Below are positions 1 to 9,417 of a stretch of DNA of 64,000 nt, piece by piece; position 1 is the first letter of the stretch, and each line of letters starts with the position of its first letter. The DNA is from an uncultured Gemmatimonadales bacterium (GTDB lineage: Bacteria > Gemmatimonadota > Gemmatimonadetes > Longimicrobiales > RSA9): assembly GCA_963708135.1 (NCBI GenBank), contig OY970192.1, positions 3,424,001-3,488,000 on the forward strand, in the 5' to 3' direction. The translations under genes and the position numbers were made by a program. The notes under the pieces are model-generated. The model was not told the origin of the DNA. It worked only from the letters and a program-made list of their open reading frames with translations, and ran no database searches.

Positions 1-1
1 G

Positions 2-193
2 CTGGACCGGCTGCAGGACGCGCTACGGGGTCGTTACATCGCGGCCGGGCGCGGCTTCATTGCGGCCACGACGCTCGCCGGCCGGCGCACGCTCCGGGTC
101 ACGCTCATCAACCCGCGCACCACGACGGTCAACGTCGACCGCATGCTCGACGGGCTCCGGGCGGAGGCCGCCGCGCTTCTCGCGGAAGGATAG
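2..193 (+). CDS. C-terminal end of a probable group II pyridoxal-dependent decarboxylase (partial, runs off window)
   Basis: Frame 2 reads LDRLQDALRGRYIAAGRGFIAATTLAGRRTLRVTLINPRTT...LLAEG*. LRVTLINPRTT is typical of group II decarboxylase C-termini. Confidence 0.7.
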   Translation: MDRLQDALRGRYIAAGRGFIAATTLAGRRTLRVTLINPRTTTVNVDRMLDGLRAEAAALLAEG

Positions 194-196
194 CGC

Positions 197-1315
197 CTAC
201 GCCGACCGCGGCATCGAATCGCGGTCCTCGGCCGCCAGCGCGAGCGCCTCGCCGGCCTCGCGGAGCTCCGTCTCGAGCCACGCTACCCGCTCCTCCATGC
301 GCGCCAGCTCCGCCTCCGCCTCCCGCCGGTCGCCCAGGTCGTAGAGAACCACCAGCGCGCCGCCGGGGCCGCCGAGCTCCGGCGCGAGCTGTGCGCTCCA
401 TGCCGCCACGTCGATCATGACGCCGTCTCGCCGCTCCAGCCGCACGCGCCGCGCACCCGCACGCACCGGATCGTCCGCGCTGCCCGCCACCTGCCCGAAG
501 AGCAGATAACCGGAAGCGCCCCGCAGGCACGGGACCGTCCGACCGAGCACCTCGTCCGCCTTCCAGCCCAGGATCCGCGCCGCCGCGTCGTTCCAGAGCG
601 ACACGTAGCCATCGCCATCCACGGCGGCCACGCCCAGCGGCAGCGTTCCCACGAGCGCCTCCAGCACGGATTCCGCGCTCCGCTGCGCGCGCGCGCACCG
701 CTGCTCCGCGGTCGCGTCGGTCAGCACGCCCCGGAGACGGGAGCGCCCGTCGGCGCAATCCGTCACCACACGCACGCTCTCGTGCACCCACAGGGGGTCG
801 CCGTCGGAGTTCCGCGCGCGGAACGCGTGCCGCACCGCTTCCGTGCCGCCGGCCGCGTGCGCGCGCGCCTCGTGGACGCGGCGGAGGTCGTAGGGATCGA
901 CCAGCCACTCCCACGGGTCAACGGCCGCGTCCCAGTCCTTCAGCGGATAGCCGAAGAGCGTGGCCGCCTCGGGCGAAACGTACAGGATCGTGCCGCTCTC
1001 CGCGTCGGCCTCCCAGAGAACCGCTCCCGTCACCGCCAGCGCCTCGCGCCACGCCTCCGCGCCCGGCTCTGCCAGCGCGCCCGACACATACTCCACCAGC
1101 GGCCCCGGGCCGCTCGCCGCGATCGCCAGTCCCGCCATCCCGACGGAGCCCAGCACCGTCAGCACCGTTCGGGGCTCGGCCACCGGACTGCCCAGGACCA
1201 GCTGCATGCCGATCAGGATCAGCGCACCCGCGCCGGCGCCCGCCAGGAAGCCCAGCACACACGTCTTCAGGATTCCGGGGTGGACCGTTCCGTCCCCCCG
1301 TCTGTCGTCAGTCAT
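197..1315 (-). CDS. Membrane-anchored PAS/PAC domain protein without an output domain
   Basis: Two hydrophobic segments, then PAS (ILYVSPEAATLFGY...WEWLVDPYD), PAC (RLRGVLTDAT), a second PAS (VSLWNDAAARILGW..EVLG) and a coiled-coil tail. Start ATG is inferred. Confidence 0.75.
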   Translation of the reverse strand: MTDDRRGDGTVHPGILKTCVLGFLAGAGAGALILIGMQLVLGSPVAEPRTVLTVLGSVGMAGLAIAASGPGPLVEYVSGALAEPGAEAWREALAVTGAVLWEADAESGTILYVSPEAATLFGYPLKDWDAAVDPWEWLVDPYDLRRVHEARAHAAGGTEAVRHAFRARNSDGDPLWVHESVRVVTDCADGRSRLRGVLTDATAEQRCARAQRSAESVLEALVGTLPLGVAAVDGDGYVSLWNDAAARILGWKADEVLGRTVPCLRGASGYLLFGQVAGSADDPVRAGARRVRLERRDGVMIDVAAWSAQLAPELGGPGGALVVLYDLGDRREAEAELARMEERVAWLETELREAGEALALAAEDRDSMPRSA

Positions 1316-1656
1316 GGATCCGTCTCGGACCGGCGCGCGTCCGGGATCGTGTCCGGGCCTTCGCCGCGCCCCGACTGCGGGCGCCGCGCCACCCCAGGCT
1401 CGCGCGTTTCGTCGAATTCGCACCAGACGCGGGAGCAACTTCCGAACCCCATCCGCCCGCGCCGCCATCCGCACCCAACTGCTCCCGTATCTGATTTTAT
1501 GACAACTAATTACAACCGCTACCGCCACGTCGGCCGACGCCGGCATGGCGCCGGCGAGGCGAGCGTGGACGGCAATTGTTTCGGGAGGACAGACCTTTTT
1601 GCGCCGGGATCCGGGCGCCCGGCCGGGCGGCAGGAAACGTCTGAGGAGAAGCCGGC

Positions 1657-2130
1657 TCAGGGGCCGGATTCGCCCGCTGGAGGAGCCGGCACGCTGTCCG
1701 GAACGGCCATCCCGCCCGGGGCTCCGGCTTCGAACTCGAGGAGTCGTGAGCGCAGCTCCCCCGGCACCGGCTTCGAGCCGCCGAGCGCGTAGTCGAACAT
1801 CACCTGGACGGTGCGGCCCGAGCTGACCAGCGTGCCGTCGGCGCGCCTCGCCTCGTATTCCATGGTGAAGCTGCGCCCGCTCACGTGGGCTGTGCGCACG
1901 CCGACCCGCAGGCGGCCCGGGAAGAGGGTGCGCGCGTGGTAGCGCACCAGCACCTCGCCAAGAACGAAGTCGATCGACTCGGCGACGCCGCCCGCCACCT
2001 CGCGCCAGTAGGCCGTCCGTGCCTCCTCGAAGTAGATCAGGGCGAGGGAATGGTGCGCGTGACCCATCGGATCCAGGTCCCGGAAGCGGACCTCCACGTC
2101 ATGGTGGAAGCGGAACGTCTCGCCGCTCAT
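1657..2130 (-). CDS. Acyl-CoA thioesterase (4HBT/YbgC-like hotdog fold)
   Basis: VEVRFRDLDPMGHAHH...YFEEAR motif. Confidence 0.85.
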   Translation of the reverse strand: MSGETFRFHHDVEVRFRDLDPMGHAHHSLALIYFEEARTAYWREVAGGVAESIDFVLGEVLVRYHARTLFPGRLRVGVRTAHVSGRSFTMEYEARRADGTLVSSGRTVQVMFDYALGGSKPVPGELRSRLLEFEAGAPGGMAVPDSVPAPPAGESGP

Positions 2131-2351
2131 TGGCCCTCCTCCGCCTCGACCGCCTCGTCCGCGGCCGGCACGAACGCCAGGGCGACCCCCGCCGCCGCGA
2201 GCACCACGAGCGAGAACGCCGCAAGATAGATCCCCGCCAGCAGCACCCCCGGAACCAGCACCCCGAGGATCCAGAGCGCCATTCCGACCACGAGCAGGAG
2301 CACCCCCACCCGGAGCGCCACGCGCGCGCCCGAGCTCGCGTTCCACGACAT
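2127..2351 (-). CDS. Small two-TM membrane protein
   Basis: MSWNASSGARVALRVGVLLLVVGM...; hydrophobic; start and stop overlap both neighbours. Confidence 0.65.
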   Translation of the reverse strand: MSWNASSGARVALRVGVLLLVVGMALWILGVLVPGVLLAGIYLAAFSLVVLAAAGVALAFVPAADEAVEAEEGQ

Positions 2352-3373
2352 CACGCCTCCTCCTCGTCGAGTCCCGGATGGAGCGGGTCGCTCCGCCGCT
2401 CGGAGAGCCGCGCCGGCGGCGGCATCTCGCCCACCGCCCGCAGCACCGCTGCGTGCAGGTCGCCGTTCGTGGCCAGGATCCCGTAAACCCGGGGATCGCG
2501 CTGGTTGTAGCGGAGCGGCTCGCCCCGCAGGTCCGTTGCGCGGCCGCCCGCCTCCGCGACGATCAGCCCGCCCGCGCACACATCCCACTCGCTCTTCGGT
2601 CCGCGGCTCACGAACGCGTCGCCCTCCCCCGCCCCCACCAGGGCCAGCTTGTAGGCCGTGCTCCCCAGCGGCACCAGCCGCCACCCCTCCCGGAACGGAT
2701 CGAACTCCCCCGCCCCGATCTCGCTCCGCGACGCCAGCATGACCCTCCCCTCGCCGGCCGTCACCCTCACCCGCCGCACGCCCCCCAACCCCGCCGCCAC
2801 CCCCGCCTTCCCCCCCGGGCTCGAGACCTCACCCTCACCCGGACCCTCACCCTCACCCTCACCCTGACCCTCACCCGGACCCTCACCCTCACCCTCACCC
2901 TTTGCCTGTCCCATACCCTTACCCTTACCCCCACCCTGTTTCTGCACCACCGCCCTCCCCGCCCACGCTCCTTCCCCGGCCAGTGCCCAGTAGACCTCCC
3001 CCGTCGCCGGGTTGTAGACCACCCCCAGCACCGCCGCCCCGTCCTCCACCAGCCCGACCGAGACGCTGAACTCCGGCTCCCCCGCGATAAACGACTTCGT
3101 CCCGTCCACCGGGTCCACGATCCACACGCGCCGGCGGTCCAGCCGCTCGGGCGCGTCCGCGGTTTCCTCGGACAGCCAGCCGTACTCCGGCCGCGCCCCC
3201 ACGAGCCTCGTGCGTAGGACCCGGTTCGCCTCCAGGTCCGCCTCCGTGAGCGGCTGGTCGGGGCCCTTGTGCCGGACCTCGAGCGCGCCGCCGAACCACG
3301 CGGCCGCCGCGCGCCCCGCGGCCAGCGCCGCCTCGAGCGCCAGCTCCAGGTCGTCGTACAGATCTTCGTGCAT
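2351..3373 (-). CDS. cysQ: 3'(2'),5'-bisphosphate nucleotidase CysQ / inositol monophosphatase family
   Basis: PLTEAD, WLSEE, WIVDPVDGTKSF, EWDVCAG and DLRGEPLRYN motifs. Carries a Gly-Glu low-complexity insertion. Confidence 0.85.
   Translation of the reverse strand: MHEDLYDDLELALEAALAAGRAAAAWFGGALEVRHKGPDQPLTEADLEANRVLRTRLVGARPEYGWLSEETADAPERLDRRRVWIVDPVDGTKSFIAGEPEFSVSVGLVEDGAAVLGVVYNPATGEVYWALAGEGAWAGRAVVQKQGGGKGKGMGQAKGEGEGEGPGEGQGEGEGEGPGEGEVSSPGGKAGVAAGLGGVRRVRVTAGEGRVMLASRSEIGAGEFDPFREGWRLVPLGSTAYKLALVGAGEGDAFVSRGPKSEWDVCAGGLIVAEAGGRATDLRGEPLRYNQRDPRVYGILATNGDLHAAVLRAVGEMPPPARLSERRSDPLHPGLDEEEA
2821..2935. repeat. In-frame hexanucleotide tandem repeat, (CCCTCA)n-like, encoding GE/GK/GP dipeptides in cysQ
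   Basis: accctc/accctt/acccgg units are directly visible. Confidence 0.9.
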
Positions 3374-3477
3374 TCCCGCTCCCGTTCCGTGTCCGTTCGC
3401 CGGCGCTCCCTGCCGCGCCGCGCCACCGCCCGCGCCCACGGCACCGCGCCGCGGCGCTCAGCTTCACTCCCGCCTCC

Positions 3478-5187
3478 TCAGCCGGCCAGCGCCTCGATCT
3501 TCGCCGCCGCCGCGCGCAGCGGCAGCACCACCACGAGTGCCGAGACGGCGAGGGCGAGCGCGAGAGCCGTGCCGAGCGCGGCCCATTCGTGGGACGGCGG
3601 GGCTCGGCCGACGGCGCGTGCGCGCAGCACGGCGTGGACCGGCCACGCCTCGAGCACCACCACCATCGCGAGATAGCCGGTCGCCACCATCATGAACAGC
3701 AGCCCGCCGAATCCCGTCGAGATCTCGGCCGCGTTGTCGCTCTCGAGGCGGGGGAAGAGCGCTCCGAAGCCGAGCGCGAGGGACGCGATCGCGAACGTCA
3801 TGAGCGCCACCGTCGCCAGCGAGAGGATCATCATGAAGGCGCCGACCCCGAGGATGGCGTTGGTGGCGGCGGTCAGCGCGAGCGCGAGCACCAGCAGGGG
3901 CGTGACGCCCACCCAGAACTTCGTCCACAGCAGCGTGCGCAGCTCCAGCGGCGAGGAGCGAAGCAGCCATAGCGTTCGGCCCTCCAGGCTGACGGCCGGG
4001 AACAGGAAGCGTGCGGCGATCGCCGCGAGCACGAAGCCCACCAGCCCCAGGTTCAGGAACGACACCAGGTTCACGAGAAGGAAGCCCACGGCGACGCCCG
4101 TCCTGAGCGGCAGCACCCTCACGTTGTAGACGTAGATCGCGACCAGCACCGCCAGCAGGATGAGCTGCGACCACTGCGTGGTGTCGCGGAAGAACGTGCG
4201 GATGTCCTTGGCCACGAGCGAGCGGGCGGACGGGCCGAGCCCGATCAGCATCCGCTCGAGCCGCGGCCCCCTGCCGCCCGCTCGCTGGCGCAGCACGGCG
4301 CCCTCCTGCGCCCGGCTGAACCCCTCAAGGTAGAGCCGCTGGTGCAGCCACGCGCCCAGGACGAGGACGGCGGCGGCCGTCGAAGCGAGCAGCAGCAGCG
4401 GGAAGAGATCGCCCGCGGCCGCGCCCACGCCGAGCGGCGCGAGGATCGCGTCCGCCGCCCACTGGCTGGGCAGCCACACCGAGCGCGGCGTCTGCATTGC
4501 CGCGATGAAGTCGACCAGGTTTCGGAAGCCCTCCGGCCGCGCGAGCTGCTCCGGCCGCACCAGCCGCACCAGCAGCACCGCGGCTGCGGCGCCGAACAGC
4601 CCCAGCAGCGCGAGCAGATCGCGCGCCCGCCGCGCCGGGAAGACGTTCACGAGAACGAGCGTCACCGCCGCGCCGAGCACCGCCGGGATCAGGAAGAAGG
4701 CCGCGAGGACCGCCGCGCACACCGCGACGTAGGCCGCGCCACCGTGGTAGCTGCGCCCGTACGCGGCCAGGATCGGCACCAGCACGAGCGCGACCATCCA
4801 GGACGAGTGGACGGCCGATTCGGCGAGCCGCGAGAGGTAGACCCGGACGCCGTCCAGCGGCGCGGCCGCGATCAGCTCCAGGTCGCGCGCCAGAAAGAAC
4901 GAGGACAGCGCGCTGATCACGTTCGAGATCACCAGGATCGAAAGGAAGCCGAGCAGGATCAGCCCGAGCAGCTTCGCCGCCAGCACCTCACCCAGCCCCG
5001 CGGCGCCGCGGAAGTACTGGAGCAGGCGGAACACCAGCGCGAAGAGCAGCGTCCAGAAGAGGAAGCCGACGGTGCCCAGCACGAGCACGCGCGCGAGCGT
5101 CGCCGACTCGCGGATGCGCCGCCTGGCCTCCCGCACCTTCGGCGCGACCAGCCCGAGCGTGCCCATGCCCACCGCGCCGCCGCTCAC
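3478..5187 (-). CDS. Putative ABC exporter permease (large, multi-TM)
   Basis: About 12 TM segments; motifs FFLARDLELI..AP and LVAKDIRTFFRD; GTGA overlap with the ATPase gene. Confidence 0.8.
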   Translation of the reverse strand: MSGGAVGMGTLGLVAPKVREARRRIRESATLARVLVLGTVGFLFWTLLFALVFRLLQYFRGAAGLGEVLAAKLLGLILLGFLSILVISNVISALSSFFLARDLELIAAAPLDGVRVYLSRLAESAVHSSWMVALVLVPILAAYGRSYHGGAAYVAVCAAVLAAFFLIPAVLGAAVTLVLVNVFPARRARDLLALLGLFGAAAAVLLVRLVRPEQLARPEGFRNLVDFIAAMQTPRSVWLPSQWAADAILAPLGVGAAAGDLFPLLLLASTAAAVLVLGAWLHQRLYLEGFSRAQEGAVLRQRAGGRGPRLERMLIGLGPSARSLVAKDIRTFFRDTTQWSQLILLAVLVAIYVYNVRVLPLRTGVAVGFLLVNLVSFLNLGLVGFVLAAIAARFLFPAVSLEGRTLWLLRSSPLELRTLLWTKFWVGVTPLLVLALALTAATNAILGVGAFMMILSLATVALMTFAIASLALGFGALFPRLESDNAAEISTGFGGLLFMMVATGYLAMVVVLEAWPVHAVLRARAVGRAPPSHEWAALGTALALALAVSALVVVLPLRAAAAKIEALAG

Positions 5188-5957
5188 GCTCCGCCCGCCG
5201 CGGCCCGGAGCGATGCCACCAGCGCCTCCACGCCGTCGCTTTCCGTCAACCTGAGGAAGACCTCCTCGAGCCCCACCGCCCCGGCCGCCGCCTCCGCGCG
5301 CAGCTCGGGCATGCCGCCGATCGCCCGGATGCGGCCCTGGTACAGGATGGCGATCCGGCTGCACAGCGCCTCCGCCACCTCCAGCGTGTGCGTGGACAGG
5401 AACACCGTGCCGCCCTGCTCCGTGAACGCGCGCAGCAGCTCCTTGATCAGCCGCGCCCCGCGCGGATCCAGCCCGACCATCGGCTCATCCACGACGATCA
5501 CGTCCGGCGAGTGCACGAGCGCCGAGCTGATCAGCAGCTTCTGCCGCATGCCGTGGCTGTAGCTCTCGATCGGCGTGTCCCGCCACTCCACCAGCTCGAA
5601 CATGTCGAGCAGCTCCCCCGCCCGCCGCTCCACCGCCGCCCCCGTCCGTCCCCACAGCCCGCTCACGAAGCGCAGGAACTCCAGCCCGGTCAGCTTCTCG
5701 TACAGGAACGGCCGGTCGGGGATGTAGCCGACGTGTTGCCGGGCCGCGATCGGCTCCCTGGCCACATCCCTCCCCGCCACGAGCACGCGCCCCGCCGTGG
5801 GCCGGAGCACGCCCGCGATCATCCGGATCGTCGTCGTCTTCCCCGCACCGTTCGGCCCCAGGAAGGCGAACATCTCGCCGCGCGGCACGTGCAGGTCCAG
5901 CGGATGCACGGCCGTGAAGCCGCCGTAGCGCTTGGTGAGCCCCTCGAGCCGGATCAT
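5184..5957 (-). CDS. ABC transporter ATP-binding protein
   Basis: Walker A GPNGAGKTT, signature YSHGMRQK, Walker B VVDEP, H-loop STH. Confidence 0.95.
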   Translation of the reverse strand: MIRLEGLTKRYGGFTAVHPLDLHVPRGEMFAFLGPNGAGKTTTIRMIAGVLRPTAGRVLVAGRDVAREPIAARQHVGYIPDRPFLYEKLTGLEFLRFVSGLWGRTGAAVERRAGELLDMFELVEWRDTPIESYSHGMRQKLLISSALVHSPDVIVVDEPMVGLDPRGARLIKELLRAFTEQGGTVFLSTHTLEVAEALCSRIAILYQGRIRAIGGMPELRAEAAAGAVGLEEVFLRLTESDGVEALVASLRAAAGGA

Positions 5958-7501
5958 CCGACCACCTCCAGGTGCAGCCGGCCGAGCAGCCGGATCAGCT
6001 CCATCTGTCGCGCCAGCCCCCCCACCAGGAAGCGCAGGTGCGCCGCGTCCGCCGGTGCCTCGCCCAGCGTGGGGTCCATGGCCACCCAGCGGCCCAGCCA
6101 CACCTCCGGCCAGGCGTGGTAGTAGAACCGGCCACGCAGGTACACGAGCCCCACGGCCGTCCGCGCCGGCAGCCCCAGCGAGCGCGCCAGCGCCACGTAC
6201 AGCACCGTGTGCTCGTTGCAGTCGCCGCGGCGCTCCCGGAGCACCTGCACGGCGCTCGGCACGCTCGGCGTGATCTGCTTCGCCAGTGAGCCGTACACCC
6301 AGTGATTCAGCTTCAATGCGACGTCGGCCGGGTCCGCCGAGCCGCGCGCGATCCTCCTCGCCCGCGCGACGATCTCCGGATCCGCCGACTGGATCAGCGG
6401 CGTGGACTCGAGCGCCGCGCCGGGCACGCCCCCGCCGTGGTACGGCAGCGTGTAGCCGGCCCGCAGCTCCGCCGCCGACTCCTGCACCACGAACAGCGTG
6501 TCGCCGTGCAGCCGCTGGCGCCCGCCCGACAGGTCGAAGCCGGTCGGGTCGACGCCCGTGAGCCGGACCGCCAGCCGGCTCGTCGCTCCCGGCGCCCCCA
6601 GGTCCACGTTGCTCGCGATCGCAGTGGACTCGATCAGCGGGCCGTACCCCGCCGCGATCGTGCGGTCCGCCTCCGCCTCGCGCCACTCCTGCCGCGCCAG
6701 CTCGTACGCGGTCCGCTCGATCGTGAAGCCCAGCGGGCTCTCCGCCCGCACGACCCGCCCATCCACGTCCACCCAGCTCGAGACGGACACGCCGCCCATC
6801 TCCTCCTCCACCCGCCACACCGGAACCGTGTCCCACCCCGCGGCGCGCCAGCGCGCCCCCGCGAGCGCCGCGCTGTCCGGCACGACAATGGTGTCCGCCG
6901 CCGTCACGCGCACCGTCGCCTCCCGCACCGCCAGCACGGACGGATCGAAGATGCGCGCCCGGTAGCGGCCGCCGACCGCGAGCCGCCCCGCCGTCGCGAG
7001 GCGCATCGGCAACGCGGCGTCCAGCGTCACCGAGGGATCCAGCCGCAGCACCGAGCGCTGCGGCACCCCCCCGCCGCTGACCGTGACGCTCAGCACGGAA
7101 TCGCGGCGCGTCTCCCCGACGACCGAGAAGCGGCCCATCCCGGAGGTCAGCTCGAAGCCGAAGGCGCGCAAGCGCAGCGAGTGGTCGAGGTCCACGCGCG
7201 TGCGCGCCACCGCGCGCGCGAGCGTGTCGAGGGCGGGCACGTCCAGCGCCAGCAGGTCGTCGAAGCGGAACCCCGTCGCCACCGTGTCCAGCCTCGAGCT
7301 GGCGTAGCCGATCGCGTGCCCGTTCATCCGCACGACGTAGAACTGCGCCCCCGGCGCGAGCGCGCGCGCGCCCTGCGCCAGCACCACGTCCATCGGCCTG
7401 AAGTACTCGCGCCGGATGTGAAAGCCGACGACGGCGCCCCAGGCGAGGAGCACGCCGATGCCGAGCGCCTGACGTCGCGTCGGAGGGGCCATCATCGCCA
7501 T
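5954..7501 (-). CDS. Transglutaminase-like domain protein with N-terminal membrane anchor
   Basis: Triad motifs GDCNEH, YHAWPEV and MDPT; N-terminal TM segment. Confidence 0.85.
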   Translation of the reverse strand: MAMMAPPTRRQALGIGVLLAWGAVVGFHIRREYFRPMDVVLAQGARALAPGAQFYVVRMNGHAIGYASSRLDTVATGFRFDDLLALDVPALDTLARAVARTRVDLDHSLRLRAFGFELTSGMGRFSVVGETRRDSVLSVTVSGGGVPQRSVLRLDPSVTLDAALPMRLATAGRLAVGGRYRARIFDPSVLAVREATVRVTAADTIVVPDSAALAGARWRAAGWDTVPVWRVEEEMGGVSVSSWVDVDGRVVRAESPLGFTIERTAYELARQEWREAEADRTIAAGYGPLIESTAIASNVDLGAPGATSRLAVRLTGVDPTGFDLSGGRQRLHGDTLFVVQESAAELRAGYTLPYHGGGVPGAALESTPLIQSADPEIVARARRIARGSADPADVALKLNHWVYGSLAKQITPSVPSAVQVLRERRGDCNEHTVLYVALARSLGLPARTAVGLVYLRGRFYYHAWPEVWLGRWVAMDPTLGEAPADAAHLRFLVGGLARQMELIRLLGRLHLEVVG

Positions 7502-7520
7502 CCCGGAATGTGGGTGAGGC

Positions 7521-8114
7521 TCAGGAAAGGGTCGAATCCACGTCCGAGGGGTCCGGGCGCACGGGAGCCGCCGCGCCCTCCAGGTCGCCCGACGGCCCGC
7601 CCGCCTGCCCGCCCCCCACTACCCGCCGCAGCTCCCGCTCGAACGCCTGCCGCTCGTACTCCGTCTCCACCACGATCACCACCCGCGCCGGCGAGCCCGA
7701 CGCCGCCGCGTGCTCCACCAGGACCGGGACCATTGCCGCGGCGGACTCCTCCGCATCCAGGTTCCCCGCACCGGTCCCGAGCGGCGGCATCGCCACCTCC
7801 GCGATCGCCCACTCCGCGAGCCGCCGGAGCCCGTTGCGCAGCGCCCGCCGCACGCCGGAGACGGTCACCGCCTCCTCCGGGGACCGGATGACCGCGTGCA
7901 CCATGAACTCCGCCGCGAGGCCGCCCGCCGGCGTGATCACCGCCGACCCCACCGGCAGCTCGCCGAGCCGCGCGCATTGCGCCTCCAGCCCCGGCCCCGC
8001 CACCTGCTCCAGCCGCCGCATCGCCGGCGTGGGCGCCGACCAGTCCGCCGACACCGGACGGAGCATCGCCATCGCCTCCGTGGAGGCCAGCTCTCCCAGC
8101 CGGATCTCGATCAC
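7521..8114 (-). CDS. Macro domain protein (ADP-ribose-binding fold)
   Basis: GELPVGSAVITPAGGL..MVHAV and AMPPLGTGAG motifs; GTG start overlaps the upstream stop. Confidence 0.8.
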   Translation of the reverse strand: MIEIRLGELASTEAMAMLRPVSADWSAPTPAMRRLEQVAGPGLEAQCARLGELPVGSAVITPAGGLAAEFMVHAVIRSPEEAVTVSGVRRALRNGLRRLAEWAIAEVAMPPLGTGAGNLDAEESAAAMVPVLVEHAAASGSPARVVIVVETEYERQAFERELRRVVGGGQAGGPSGDLEGAAAPVRPDPSDVDSTLS

Positions 8115-9061
8115 GCCGCCGTGATCTCCCGCGCCTTCCGGTACATCGCCGCCGCCTGCTGCGGCAGGTGCTTGCGATCGAACAGGATCCCCATCGTGAA
8201 GTACGCCCGCGGGTTGTGCGGGTGGAGCTGTACCGAGCGCTCCAGCATGCGCAGCGCCTCGTCCACCCGCCCGAGCTGGTTCAGGCACTCGCCGCGGTAG
8301 AAGTACGCCGTAGCGTGGCCGGGATCCAGGTCCAGCGCCCGCTTCAGCTCCAGCTCCGCCTGGCCGTACAGCCCCCGCCGGAAGCTCAGGATCCCCATGC
8401 TCGCGTGTACGTCCGCGCGGCCCGGCTCCAGCCGATGCGCCCGCCGCAGCTCCTTCTCCGCCGGGTCGTAGCGCCGCAGCGCCGCCAGTGCCGCGGCAAC
8501 GTTCAGCAGCACGTCCACGTTGTCGGCATCGATGTCCCGCGCCGCCTCGAACTGCTCCAGCGCCAGCGTGTGGTCCCCACGCCGGTCGTAGATGACGCCG
8601 AGATTGTTGCGCGCCTTCAGGTTGCGAGGATCGTCGAAAAGCAGCTCCCGGTACAGCGCGATCGCCGCCCCGAGATCCCCCTCCGATTCCAGCTCGCGCG
8701 CCCGCACGAAGCGCGGATCCTCCGCGGCGAGCCCCACCTCCACCTCCTCGCCGGCCCCGCGCGGCTCCGCGTCCCGGACCCGCTCCCTGCCCCCGGGAGC
8801 CGCGTCCGCCGGCTGCGCCGGCTCCTCCACCGGCGCATCAGCCTCATCCGGATCGTCACCGCCGCGGCCCGTTTCCGCCGTATCGGCGCCCTCCCGGTCA
8901 CGCGACTCGCTGCCGCCGGCAAGCGCATCGAGCTGCTCCGCCGGCACCTCGTTGTGGGCCATTGCCACCTCCGCGTCTCCGTCGCCGGCCCCTTCCGCCG
9001 TCGGCTCGACCACTCCGGCCTTCTCGCGCGCGCTCATCCTCCGCAGCCTCTTCCTCGTCAT
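8111..9061 (-). CDS. Tetratricopeptide repeat protein with acidic disordered N-terminus
   Basis: Repeated TPR patterns (ARNNLGVIY, AYFYRGECL, AYFTMGILF). Confidence 0.85.
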   Translation of the reverse strand: MTRKRLRRMSAREKAGVVEPTAEGAGDGDAEVAMAHNEVPAEQLDALAGGSESRDREGADTAETGRGGDDPDEADAPVEEPAQPADAAPGGRERVRDAEPRGAGEEVEVGLAAEDPRFVRARELESEGDLGAAIALYRELLFDDPRNLKARNNLGVIYDRRGDHTLALEQFEAARDIDADNVDVLLNVAAALAALRRYDPAEKELRRAHRLEPGRADVHASMGILSFRRGLYGQAELELKRALDLDPGHATAYFYRGECLNQLGRVDEALRMLERSVQLHPHNPRAYFTMGILFDRKHLPQQAAAMYRKAREITAA

Positions 9062-9417
9062 TCCTCGGTGTTCCTTCCGATTTCGGGCCCCACGCTCTCG
9101 GCCACCCAGTCCAGGTACGGGGCGTGCCCGGCCGGCACCGGAAGAACCAGCAGCTCCGGCACCTCGTACGGGTGGAGCGCCGCGGCGCGCTCGAGCAGCC
9201 GCACCACCCGTGCCTCGGTCGTCTTCAGCAGGACGAGGACCTCTGCCGCGCGCTCGACCGCACCGCGCCATCGATAGATCGAGAGCACGCCCGGCAGGAT
9301 GTTGCCGCAGGCGACGATACCCTCCTCCACCAGCGCGCGCACCATACCCTCCGCGGTGTCCGCGTCCGGCACCGTCATGAGCGCCAGGCGGACGTTCGTG
9401 CCGGCCGCACCGCTCAC
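9058..9417 (-). CDS. cutA: Divalent-cation tolerance protein CutA
   Basis: ACGNILPG.SIYRWRG, LLKT, LHPYEVPELL, YLDWV. Confidence 0.92.
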   Translation of the reverse strand: MSGAAGTNVRLALMTVPDADTAEGMVRALVEEGIVACGNILPGVLSIYRWRGAVERAAEVLVLLKTTEARVVRLLERAAALHPYEVPELLVLPVPAGHAPYLDWVAESVGPEIGRNTEE

